DNA of 64,000 nucleotides, taken from positions 1 through 64,000 of the forward strand of contig JAZDNF010000010.1 in NCBI GenBank assembly GCA_043800255.1. The letters run 5' to 3'. Source of the DNA: Candidatus Altiarchaeota archaeon. Its GTDB lineage: Archaea > Altiarchaeota > Altiarchaeia > IMC4 > SCGC-AAA252-I15. This document shows, piece by piece, positions 39,722 to 48,271 of this stretch (positions are counted from its first letter, which is position 1; each line of letters opens with the position of its first letter). The notes below the pieces were generated by a model. That model made no database searches and was not told the DNA's origin. It worked only from the letters and a program-made list of their open reading frames with translations. Both the position numbers and the translations under genes were made by a program.

Positions 39722-40473
39722 CCGGGACGAAGATAGTGAAATTGAGGCTGGATGGTGGGGGGCAGGCTGAGAGGCTGCCGGTGTTGAAGAACAATCTTAT
39801 CACAACGGAGGAAGCGCTCAGACTCTACAAGGATGTGAGATTCCAGCATGAATTCGCAGATGACCGGACAAAATACTATGAGAGGATAATGGAAGAGCTC
39901 AAGGGGACTGATGTGATGCCAGAGCAGCTTCAGGAGATATACGATGCGATGAGCGGGGATTTCCGCAGCGACACGCGGAACATACCCAAAACAGGCCTCA
40001 TGGTGTCCGCGTTAGTGCAGAATTCCAGTCGAAATGATTTCAGCCTGAAAATCGGAGACTTCATACCCTTCCTCGGTTTCAAGCTTGGGAAAGGCAAAAA
40101 ACTTACGGTGGACGGCGACGTTGGAGACTTCACCGGCGAGCTCATGGACGGCGGAACGGTCCACGTCCTCGGGGAGGCGGGATGGCGTACCGGCGCCTGG
40201 ATGAAAGACGGAAAAATAATAGTCGGCTTGTCCACCAACTCCTATACCGGCTGGAAGATGGAGGGTGGAGAAATCATAGTGGAAGATGATGTTACAAGCT
40301 ACCTTGGAAGCGAGATGAAAGCCGGGAGGGTCCATGTGAAAGGCTCTGCCGGCTCAGAAGTTGGTGACAAGATGGAGGGCGGAACCGTCGAAGTTGACGG
40401 AGGGGCGCAGAATGTGAGCGCAAACTACAAGAGTGGGACCATCATACTACAAGGACTGCAGGTGAAACCATGA
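39718..40473 (+). CDS. Array gene A17
   Basis: Start moved to MTGTK at the ATGA overlap. Confidence 0.9.
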   Translation: MTGTKIVKLRLDGGGQAERLPVLKNNLITTEEALRLYKDVRFQHEFADDRTKYYERIMEELKGTDVMPEQLQEIYDAMSGDFRSDTRNIPKTGLMVSALVQNSSRNDFSLKIGDFIPFLGFKLGKGKKLTVDGDVGDFTGELMDGGTVHVLGEAGWRTGAWMKDGKIIVGLSTNSYTGWKMEGGEIIVEDDVTSYLGSEMKAGRVHVKGSAGSEVGDKMEGGTVEVDGGAQNVSANYKSGTIILQGLQVKP

Positions 40474-40931
40474 CTGGGACGAAGGTTGTTAAGCTGAAAT
40501 TGGAGGCTGATGGTGTGCCCGACAAGCTGCCGACTTTGAGGCCGGATATGAGAGAGTCTTCTAAGGTTGATGCTATTACCGAGCTGTTTGATGGTATGAG
40601 GTTTGAGAGTTATAAGGGCAACCTGCAAAGGAGGTCTGAGGACTACTATCAGGGATGCTGGCACAGACTCGGGGACGCGGGTTTTAATACAGGAGTCAGC
40701 AATCAGGAATTTGGGGAAATACTGCGTGTGCTGGAATCTGACTACTCAAAGCGAAAAGATTTCAGAACCGAAGCCAGCTTGTTCCTATCCGCTCTTCTCC
40801 AGAGGTCAGCCTTCAAAGACTCGGAAATCGGGCAGAAGAGACTGGGTGACATAATCGACACTGTCATAGACTCACCTGAGCGTATGCCTCTGCAGGAGAT
40901 TCTGAATAAAACGTGGGCTGGTATCCAATAA
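40470..40931 (+). CDS. Array gene A18: leader and helical domain only, no beta-helix
   Basis: MTGTKVVKLKLE...ASLFLSALLQ, then an unrelated tail with no GXGXG coils. Confidence 0.8.
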   Translation: MTGTKVVKLKLEADGVPDKLPTLRPDMRESSKVDAITELFDGMRFESYKGNLQRRSEDYYQGCWHRLGDAGFNTGVSNQEFGEILRVLESDYSKRKDFRTEASLFLSALLQRSAFKDSEIGQKRLGDIIDTVIDSPERMPLQEILNKTWAGIQ

Positions 40932-40958
40932 CCGGTTTAGACCCTCCGGTTCGCACAT

Positions 40959-40994
40959 TTTTCTGTCTGTACTGTTCTTTATATAATCAAGAAA
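40959..40994 (+). promoter_or_regulatory. Array upstream motif, copy 3
   Basis: TTTTCTGTCTGTACTGTTCTTTATATAATCAAGAAA directly before the ATG. Confidence 0.6.
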
Positions 40995-41672
40995 ATGACC
41001 GGTACTAGAGTCGTCAAACTCAGGCTGGATGATGGGGGGACAGCGGAGAAGCTTCCGAAACTGAAGGAGGATCCTGTTGAGACTGCGTTGGGATTGTATG
41101 AGATGTTGCGGGATAAGCCTGTGCCTGAGGGCTGTTTTCAGGAGGCTATGGCGTTGACCAAGCATCTGAATGTCAGCTCCGACGAGCTTCAGAGCATCTA
41201 CGACAGGATTGAGGGAAACTATCTTGAAGACAAATCCAGCATCGACGAGGCTGGCGTGTTCCTCTCCGCGTTAATCAACAATTCAGGACATCACACGTTT
41301 GTGCTGAAGCCTAAAGTGCTGCTGCACTACTTCTGCTATAAAATCCAGAAGGGTAAGGATATCACCGTTCTTGGGAATGTTGGTTTGGGCGTCGGCTGGG
41401 AGATGGATGGCGGGAAAATCAAGGTTGAAGGCAACGCAGGAGGCGATGCAGGATATACCATGTATGCCGGAGACCTGCACATCACAGGAGACGTTGAATC
41501 GAGCTGCGGAGCCCATATGAAAGACGGTAACATCTACGTCGGCGGAAATGCGAGAAACAATGCCGGCCATTTCATGGAAGGCGGCAGAATCCACATCCAC
41601 GGCGATTCCGGACCTGAGACAGGCTTCGCCAAGAAAGGCGGCGAACTGATAGTAGACGGCAGAAGAGGATAA
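40995..41672 (+). CDS. Array gene A19
   Basis: Leader and coils. Confidence 0.9.
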   Translation: MTGTRVVKLRLDDGGTAEKLPKLKEDPVETALGLYEMLRDKPVPEGCFQEAMALTKHLNVSSDELQSIYDRIEGNYLEDKSSIDEAGVFLSALINNSGHHTFVLKPKVLLHYFCYKIQKGKDITVLGNVGLGVGWEMDGGKIKVEGNAGGDAGYTMYAGDLHITGDVESSCGAHMKDGNIYVGGNARNNAGHFMEGGRIHIHGDSGPETGFAKKGGELIVDGRRG

Positions 41673-41677
41673 AAAAG

Positions 41678-42583
41678 ATGACAGGCACAAAAGTCGTTAA
41701 GATTAACCTTGAGGGCACTGGAGTTCCCGGCAGTCTGCCTGATCTGAGGTTGAGCGGGCCGTCTGCTGAGGAGGTTATCAACGCCTGCGGTGGGATGGAG
41801 GAAATACATACTGCAAAGTATGACAGTATGTTGGAGAAGACTGCGGGATTTGATGTTAATTCACACCAGCTTCAGAGGATAGTGGATGTTGCGTGCGGCA
41901 TGTGCGAGGATGATGACGCCATGAACCGCGTTGGCCTTCTTCTGACGGCGTTGGTGCAGAATTCAAAATCCAACGAGTTCACGATCACGCCTCCGAAACT
42001 GTTGGATCACATAGGGTCCAGGTTGGACGGCGGGAAAAAGATTGTCATAAACGGTGATGCAGGCCATTTTGCAGGAGATGAGATGATTGAGGGGATAGTG
42101 CACATAAAAGGCAATACGTTGAATATGGCAGGTCAAGGTATGGAAGGCGGCAGACTGATTGTGGACGGCAGCACAGGAGACGAATTAGGCGAGTATATGC
42201 TGGGCGGCGAGATACACGTTAAGGGAAATGCTGGGAAGAATACGTGCGAAAAGATGTCCGGCGGTATTATAACCATAGACAGAAATGTAGGAGCCAATGC
42301 CGGCTGGCTGATGAAGGGAGGCAGCATACACGTTAAAGGCGATGCAATAGAGGGTGTTGGCGCGTGCATGGAAGGAGGCTCTATAAAGGTGGGCGGAAAC
42401 ACAGGCGATAATGCCGGCTGGGAAATGGAAGGTGGCACCCTGCACATAAAAGGAAACGCGGGGGATAACGTAGGCCTTAGAATGACTGGCGGTAAAATAA
42501 GAGTCAACGGTAGAATCCGGAGCATAAGCGAGAACTATGCAGGCGGCGAAATCTGGGAGGGCAGAACACAGGTCAAACCATGA
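41678..42583 (+). CDS. Array gene A20
   Basis: Leader and coils. Confidence 0.9.
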   Translation: MTGTKVVKINLEGTGVPGSLPDLRLSGPSAEEVINACGGMEEIHTAKYDSMLEKTAGFDVNSHQLQRIVDVACGMCEDDDAMNRVGLLLTALVQNSKSNEFTITPPKLLDHIGSRLDGGKKIVINGDAGHFAGDEMIEGIVHIKGNTLNMAGQGMEGGRLIVDGSTGDELGEYMLGGEIHVKGNAGKNTCEKMSGGIITIDRNVGANAGWLMKGGSIHVKGDAIEGVGACMEGGSIKVGGNTGDNAGWEMEGGTLHIKGNAGDNVGLRMTGGKIRVNGRIRSISENYAGGEIWEGRTQVKP

Positions 42584-43257
42584 CAGGCACGAAGATTATC
42601 AAGTTGAGGCTGGATGAGGAGGGTGTTGGGCAGAAGCTTCCGAAACTGAAGGAGGGCACTCTGGAAACCTGCCGGAGAGTGTTCAAGGCGCATGACCCCC
42701 GAATGGGACATCTTGGTTATGATGATATGATAGAGGCGACAAAGGATTTGGACGTCGATTCAGAGCAGCTTGAGAATATCCTCCGGGACTTGCATGTCAA
42801 TCATTCTCAAGACAGAAAATTTGGGGAAATAGCCGGCCTATTGCTGTCTGCGTTGGTTCACAATTCCCGGCAAGATGAGTTCGAAATCGAGACTCCAGTC
42901 CCACTGGATTATGTCGGTCACAGGCTAAGCAAAGGGAAGACTCTCACGATAAAGGGGGATGTGGGAGACAATGCAGGAGATGGGATGGACGGCGGGGTCA
43001 TGAACATAAACGGAAACGCAGGCAGCGCTGTTGGAAACAGCATGTGCGATGGCACAATCAATGTGAGCGGATACTCTGGGAACTACACTGGAAGCAACAT
43101 GCACTCTGGCAGAATAAACGTGAAGAAAGAAACCGGCGGAATGACGGGAGCGTACATGGGCGGAGGAATAATAGCCTGCAAAGGCAAGGTATTAGACTTA
43201 GCCCACACCATCTACGGTGGCGCAATATACAGCAGAGGAAAACAGATATGGCCCTAA
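42580..43257 (+). CDS. Array gene A21
   Basis: Leader and coils; close paralog of A22. Confidence 0.9.
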   Translation: MTGTKIIKLRLDEEGVGQKLPKLKEGTLETCRRVFKAHDPRMGHLGYDDMIEATKDLDVDSEQLENILRDLHVNHSQDRKFGEIAGLLLSALVHNSRQDEFEIETPVPLDYVGHRLSKGKTLTIKGDVGDNAGDGMDGGVMNINGNAGSAVGNSMCDGTINVSGYSGNYTGSNMHSGRINVKKETGGMTGAYMGGGIIACKGKVLDLAHTIYGGAIYSRGKQIWP

Positions 43258-43937
43258 CGAGGAGGACAAAAGTCGTTAAGCTGAAGCTGGAGGGCGGCGG
43301 AGAGGCTGAGCGTCTGCCGAAGCTCATGGAAGGCGATATGAAAACCTGCCGGAAGGTTTTCGAAGCCTATGACCCACACATGGGGGAAGGAGATTACGGT
43401 GACATGCTGAAGGCTACTAAGGGTTTGAATGTCGACTCAAAGCAACTGGAGAACATCCTCCGCGACTTGCACGCCAATTACTCACAGGACAGGAACTTCG
43501 CTGATGGTGCTGGCCTCCTACTTTCTGCGCTGGTGAACAACTCAGAGCATGATGAGTTCGAAATCGAGACTCCAGTTCCATTGAATTATGTCGGTACAGG
43601 TCTGATTGAGGGTAAGACCCTCAGGATAAAAGGCAACGTTGGGGATCATGCAGGCGACAGTATGCAAGGCGGCACCCTGAACATCAAAGGCAACGCCGGT
43701 CACAGCACAGGCGACGGCATGCACGGTGGGGAAATCAATGTGACAGGGTTTACGAGAACATTTACTGGGAGCAACATGAATCATGGCAGTATAAACATCG
43801 GAGAAAGTGCCGGAGCAATGACCGGAGCGTACATGGGTGGGGGGGTAATAGTCTGCAAAGGCAGTGTGTTCGGATTGGCTCACACAATCTACGGCGGCAG
43901 AATATACGGTCAAGGAAAGCAGGTGTGGCCAGAATGA
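43248..43937 (+). CDS. Array gene A22 (variant start MALTRRTK)
   Basis: ATG at 43248 in frame with TKVVKLKLEGGG; start position less certain. Confidence 0.8.
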   Translation: MALTRRTKVVKLKLEGGGEAERLPKLMEGDMKTCRKVFEAYDPHMGEGDYGDMLKATKGLNVDSKQLENILRDLHANYSQDRNFADGAGLLLSALVNNSEHDEFEIETPVPLNYVGTGLIEGKTLRIKGNVGDHAGDSMQGGTLNIKGNAGHSTGDGMHGGEINVTGFTRTFTGSNMNHGSINIGESAGAMTGAYMGGGVIVCKGSVFGLAHTIYGGRIYGQGKQVWPE

Positions 43938-44803
43938 CTGGGACCAAGATTGTTAAGCTTAAGCTGGAAGATGGAGGAGCAGCTGACAGGCTTCCGAAGC
44001 TGAGAACGCATACTGTCGATGCAGCACTTAGTTTGTGGGATAGTATTGAATACAGGTCAACAGATTATTCCAGAGACGTCTATGAGAAGCTGTTAGAGGA
44101 GACCAGAGACTTCAACGTGACAAATGAGGATATTCAGGCTATAGCAGACAGGTTGGAGAAGAATTTCTCAAAAAAAGATGATATCTACTCCCCTCATAAG
44201 GCTGGCATACTGCTGACTGTGATAATGCAGAATTCATCAGAGAATGCGTTCAGGCTTAAGACCAAGACTCCGCTTTCCTATCTCGGCTACAGGCTGTTCG
44301 GCGGCAAGAAGATAACAATTGAAGGCAATGTTGATGAGAATGTTGGGCGTCATATGAGGGACGGCCATATTCATGTGAAAGGAAGTACTGGAATGAATGC
44401 TGGGCATGGGATGAGAAACAGCACAATCAGAATCGATAAATATGGGGGTTACTGGCTTGGGAGGGAGATGGGAGAAGGCGGTGAAATCTACGTCGGCGGC
44501 GATGCATCTCAAAACATTGGTCAAGAGATGACAGGCGGAAAAATCGAAGTAACCGGTAATGTGGACAACTATGCTGGGACTCGCATGGAAGCCGGGCAGA
44601 TTATTATCCACGGGAACGCTCGCCATCATCTGGGAGAGGAAATGCGCGGCGGCAGTATCAATGTCGCAGGAAATACTGGCAAGTATACTGCGGATCGTAT
44701 CACCGGGGGCAGAATCGACATAGGCGGAAAGGTTGAAAGCTTCGGCGACATCTCGGACAGTCGCGGTGAAGTCTACCCCAAAGGCAAAAGGGTGAGACGG
44801 TGA
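43934..44803 (+). CDS. Array gene A23
   Basis: Start moved to MTGTK at the ATGA overlap. Confidence 0.9.
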   Translation: MTGTKIVKLKLEDGGAADRLPKLRTHTVDAALSLWDSIEYRSTDYSRDVYEKLLEETRDFNVTNEDIQAIADRLEKNFSKKDDIYSPHKAGILLTVIMQNSSENAFRLKTKTPLSYLGYRLFGGKKITIEGNVDENVGRHMRDGHIHVKGSTGMNAGHGMRNSTIRIDKYGGYWLGREMGEGGEIYVGGDASQNIGQEMTGGKIEVTGNVDNYAGTRMEAGQIIIHGNARHHLGEEMRGGSINVAGNTGKYTADRITGGRIDIGGKVESFGDISDSRGEVYPKGKRVRR

Positions 44804-45420
44804 CAGGCACGAAAGTCATAAAGCTGAACCTTGAGGGCCAGGATGGGATTGGCAGGCTGCCTGGCCTGAGGGACAGTGTCGTCCCAGAGGCCATACGATT
44901 GTTCGCCGAGAATTTCAACTTGACGAGCGATACCAGCAGATACTACGGGTGGGCGTTGGAGAACACCAAAAAACTTGATGTGAGCTCGTCGGAGGTTCAG
45001 TCCATACTAGACAGTCTGGAAAAGACATTCGGCGACGACCATACATACAGTTGGTTCATGGGATTGTATATGACGGCGCTGATGAGGAACTCCTCCCGCA
45101 AAAAATTCAGGCTGGCGGCGAAGGTGCCGCTGCACTTTCTGGGTTATCACATGGAGGAGGACAAGGATGTGACGGTGGACGGCGATGTCGGAGACTGGGT
45201 CGGAAGCAACATGGCTGCCGGCAGGATAACCGTGAACGGCCGCGCCGGCGATAGTCTGGGAGCGCTCATGGAAGGCGGCAGCATACACGTCAGAGGAGAC
45301 GCTGGAATGGATGTGGGCCGCGGCGCGAGGTCGGGGACGATAGACGTTGACGGAGTCATTGGGGGAGTCGCCCACGATGTCAGGGGCGCGAAGGTCAGGC
45401 AGAAAGGGAGGAGAGTGTAA
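44800..45420 (+). CDS. Array gene A24
   Basis: GTG start in a GTGA overlap; leader and coils. Confidence 0.9.
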   Translation: MTGTKVIKLNLEGQDGIGRLPGLRDSVVPEAIRLFAENFNLTSDTSRYYGWALENTKKLDVSSSEVQSILDSLEKTFGDDHTYSWFMGLYMTALMRNSSRKKFRLAAKVPLHFLGYHMEEDKDVTVDGDVGDWVGSNMAAGRITVNGRAGDSLGALMEGGSIHVRGDAGMDVGRGARSGTIDVDGVIGGVAHDVRGAKVRQKGRRV

Positions 45421-45422
45421 CA

Positions 45423-46001
45423 ATGGAGCCGACCAAAGTAGTAAAGCTGAAGTTGGACGGCGGTGGCACGCCAGAGAAGCTCCCAAAGCTGATGGAGCCA
45501 GGCGAGAAGGAGCCGCTTGAGCTCTACAGGATGACAAGATACTCTGGCAAGGACGTTGAAGCTGCGGGCGAATTCTATGACCTCATATGGGCGAAGACCG
45601 AAGGGTGGGAGCTATCCAACGAGAAAATCCAGAAAACCCTGACGCGGCTGGAGAAGGGATGCGGTCATGAGCCTGACTTCAGGCAGAAGGCTGGAGTCTT
45701 CATCTCAGCATTGCTGAACAGGGCGGAAAACAACGACCTCAGATTGGAGTCGAAGATTCCCCTGGACTTCTTGGGATTCAGGTTCGGGAAGACTGTGCTG
45801 GTAGTCTACGGGGACACGGGAGAATACACCGCAGCCCAGGTGGAGCATGCGACCATACAGGTGAACGGCAACGTTGGGAAATATGCGGGCGACGGCATGC
45901 AAAACGGGATGCTGGACGTGAAAGGAAAGTTCGAGGAGCCATGGGGCGGAATATCTGTGGGAGTTACTGTAAAAGAGGGCGGAAGATACTTGAACCCGTG
46001 A
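45423..46001 (+). CDS. Array gene A25 (short beta-helix)
   Basis: MEPTKVVKLKLDGGG leader; its stop abuts the vWA gene's stop. Confidence 0.85.
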   Translation: MEPTKVVKLKLDGGGTPEKLPKLMEPGEKEPLELYRMTRYSGKDVEAAGEFYDLIWAKTEGWELSNEKIQKTLTRLEKGCGHEPDFRQKAGVFISALLNRAENNDLRLESKIPLDFLGFRFGKTVLVVYGDTGEYTAAQVEHATIQVNGNVGKYAGDGMQNGMLDVKGKFEEPWGGISVGVTVKEGGRYLNP

Positions 46002-48218
46002 TCACCTGGCCTCCTGTTCCGTGACCCTTATGACCCTGTCCCTCACCTGGTTACTGTAGAACTTGCTAACGATAGGTATGATCTGGTCGAATTCCTCATC
46101 CGGGATGAACTGCGCGAAAACGTTGGATTTCTCGCTCGCACGGCCGACAACACCCTCATAAGCTGGTATCACACCCTCAGCGCCAGTTCCGAGACCGAGT
46201 ATCAGCGCCAATACTTGGTCGTCTTCCTGCATCTGCTTGAGAAGAGGTTTTAAAGCATTTGGATCGCCGTAACCGTCTGTAAGCACGACCAGGATTTTCA
46301 CGACATCAGGGTCTCTCAAAGTCAGCTTGTTGTATTGGGCCTTCAAGGCTTTCGCATCCTCTGTCCCGCCCGCGCCCTCGTACAGTCTGGCCAGCATCAC
46401 GATTTTGCTCTCCTCTGTTATGGGAGCGTCAAGGTCCTTCGCAGTCCAAAGTTTTGTGGCGAAGCCTGCGGCGCCCAATTTCAGGGGATTCTCGTCAGGC
46501 CTCAAAAGCTGCTCGCCCTCAAGCTGGTTCTTGCCGCCCTCATGGGCTTCGGCCATGATGACCATGAGCTCTCTACACCTTCTAAGCTTCTCGCCGTTCA
46601 TGCTGCCGCTCCCGTCGACGAGGAAGAACAATTCGGACCTGACGAACCTCGGAGTCTTGACCTCCTGCATCATCGTGGGAGGCTCCATCTCGCCGCGCGC
46701 CATCTCTGAAATGTACTCATACTCGAGGCCTGGGCTTATCTCTCCCTCCCTCTGGGTGTAAGACAGTTCGCCCAGCCTGTTCTCGCGCATGACTTCAACG
46801 ACCTGCGATTGTAAGGAGGATATCTCATCCCTCCTCTTCTCCCTGACCCTGAGATACTCGTCCGTTATCACCGTCCTTACGTCATACCTCTCCGACAGGT
46901 CGCGCGACCTCGAGCCCATGTCCCTGAGCCTCTCCTTGGTGGCATCCGTAATCCTGTCATAGAAGTCCTGGTGGTCCATCTCCTCTATCGGCCGGGCACC
47001 TTCTTCACCCTCCTTGGGTTTGCCTCTTTCGGTGAGAGGTGCCATAGCCTCGGCAGCCTTGAGGAGCTCATCGAGAACCTCCTTCGCCATCGCCTTCATC
47101 TCCTCCCGCTCCTGCCTTGTTGGAGGCGCAGCCCTCGACGGGCCTCTAGGTGGAGCCTGGCCTGGCATGCCTTTCCCAGGTTTGCCTTTGCCTGGCTTCC
47201 CCTTGCCTGGCTTGCCTTTGCCTTGTTTGCCCTCGCCTTCTTGGCTTTCTCCCTCCTGCTCTTCTCCTTGTTCGTCTCCCTCCTGCTCATCGCCCTTCTG
47301 TCCCTCCCCCTTCTGGCTCTGTCCTTTACCGTCTTTCTGCTGGTCTCCTTTCTCACCTTTCTGCTTCTCTTCTTCCTTTTGTTTTTTCCTCTCCTCGCTC
47401 CGCTGTTGGACCTCCTTGTCGACCAGCTCGACGAAATAGGGTATTATCTTCTCATAGGATTCGAACTTCCTCTCAAGCTCTCTCTTCCCTGATTCCTTCT
47501 TTTTGAAGAATTTGCCGTACTGGCCGAGGCTTGCGAAGGGTTCTAGGAGGCCGGCATCCGAGACTTTCTTATAAACTTCTGCAACGTCTTCGTCGACGAG
47601 GTCTGTCAGCGGTTTGCTGGAGGGGTTTATGTATTCTCCGGTGACCAGCTGCCCGAACTGGTCAGGCTTTGTAAGATGCTTGTAACTGTAGTCCAGACCC
47701 GGGGGGGCGCCTAAGGCGTTAATGCACGCTGCAACGTCCTTGTACGGGTATCTGCTCATGTAAGTGTCATCCCACACGTCTACGACGCAGTTCTGAAGGT
47801 ATTTGAGGAATACGTTGTCATCATACCATTCAGGCAGCAGCGGCTTGCTGTCTGCGATGTGCTCGTCTATCCTCTCGTGCAAGGCTTTCACTGGCGGTGC
47901 GTGGTGGCCTGCCTCGTGGGCGAAAAGGCCTAAGACCTTCCTTGGCGTGTCCAGGTAATCCGCGATGTCAGGGCCGAAGAGTATAAGTTTCGAGTCAAGC
48001 ATGGTCGCCCAATTGTATTCCCCCTTAACCGGAGTTGGATTTTCAATGAACCTGTAGCCTGTGCTCTCCGTGATCATCTCGAAAAACGGCTTATGCTCCT
48101 GGAGAAACGCCAACATCTTTTTCCTGCGGTCTTCGTTGACCGTTCCCCGCGTAAGCTTGAACGGCTCAGGAAGTGTTGGGTTTTGGGCGTGTCTTATGGG
48201 GGCCTTAGACTTTTGCAT
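46002..48218 (-). CDS. HEXXH metallopeptidase-like domain + charged low-complexity linker + vWA (MIDAS) domain protein
   Basis: FAHEAGHH; E/Q/K/G-rich linker; FLVDGSGSM, GGTED and LVVLTDG MIDAS motifs. CobT/DUF2201-like architecture. Confidence 0.85.
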   Translation of the reverse strand: MQKSKAPIRHAQNPTLPEPFKLTRGTVNEDRRKKMLAFLQEHKPFFEMITESTGYRFIENPTPVKGEYNWATMLDSKLILFGPDIADYLDTPRKVLGLFAHEAGHHAPPVKALHERIDEHIADSKPLLPEWYDDNVFLKYLQNCVVDVWDDTYMSRYPYKDVAACINALGAPPGLDYSYKHLTKPDQFGQLVTGEYINPSSKPLTDLVDEDVAEVYKKVSDAGLLEPFASLGQYGKFFKKKESGKRELERKFESYEKIIPYFVELVDKEVQQRSEERKKQKEEEKQKGEKGDQQKDGKGQSQKGEGQKGDEQEGDEQGEEQEGESQEGEGKQGKGKPGKGKPGKGKPGKGMPGQAPPRGPSRAAPPTRQEREEMKAMAKEVLDELLKAAEAMAPLTERGKPKEGEEGARPIEEMDHQDFYDRITDATKERLRDMGSRSRDLSERYDVRTVITDEYLRVREKRRDEISSLQSQVVEVMRENRLGELSYTQREGEISPGLEYEYISEMARGEMEPPTMMQEVKTPRFVRSELFFLVDGSGSMNGEKLRRCRELMVIMAEAHEGGKNQLEGEQLLRPDENPLKLGAAGFATKLWTAKDLDAPITEESKIVMLARLYEGAGGTEDAKALKAQYNKLTLRDPDVVKILVVLTDGYGDPNALKPLLKQMQEDDQVLALILGLGTGAEGVIPAYEGVVGRASEKSNVFAQFIPDEEFDQIIPIVSKFYSNQVRDRVIRVTEQEAR

Positions 48219-48271
48219 CGGTTATAATAGAACAACTCTCGTATTTATTCAATACCTTCCCTCTATATACC

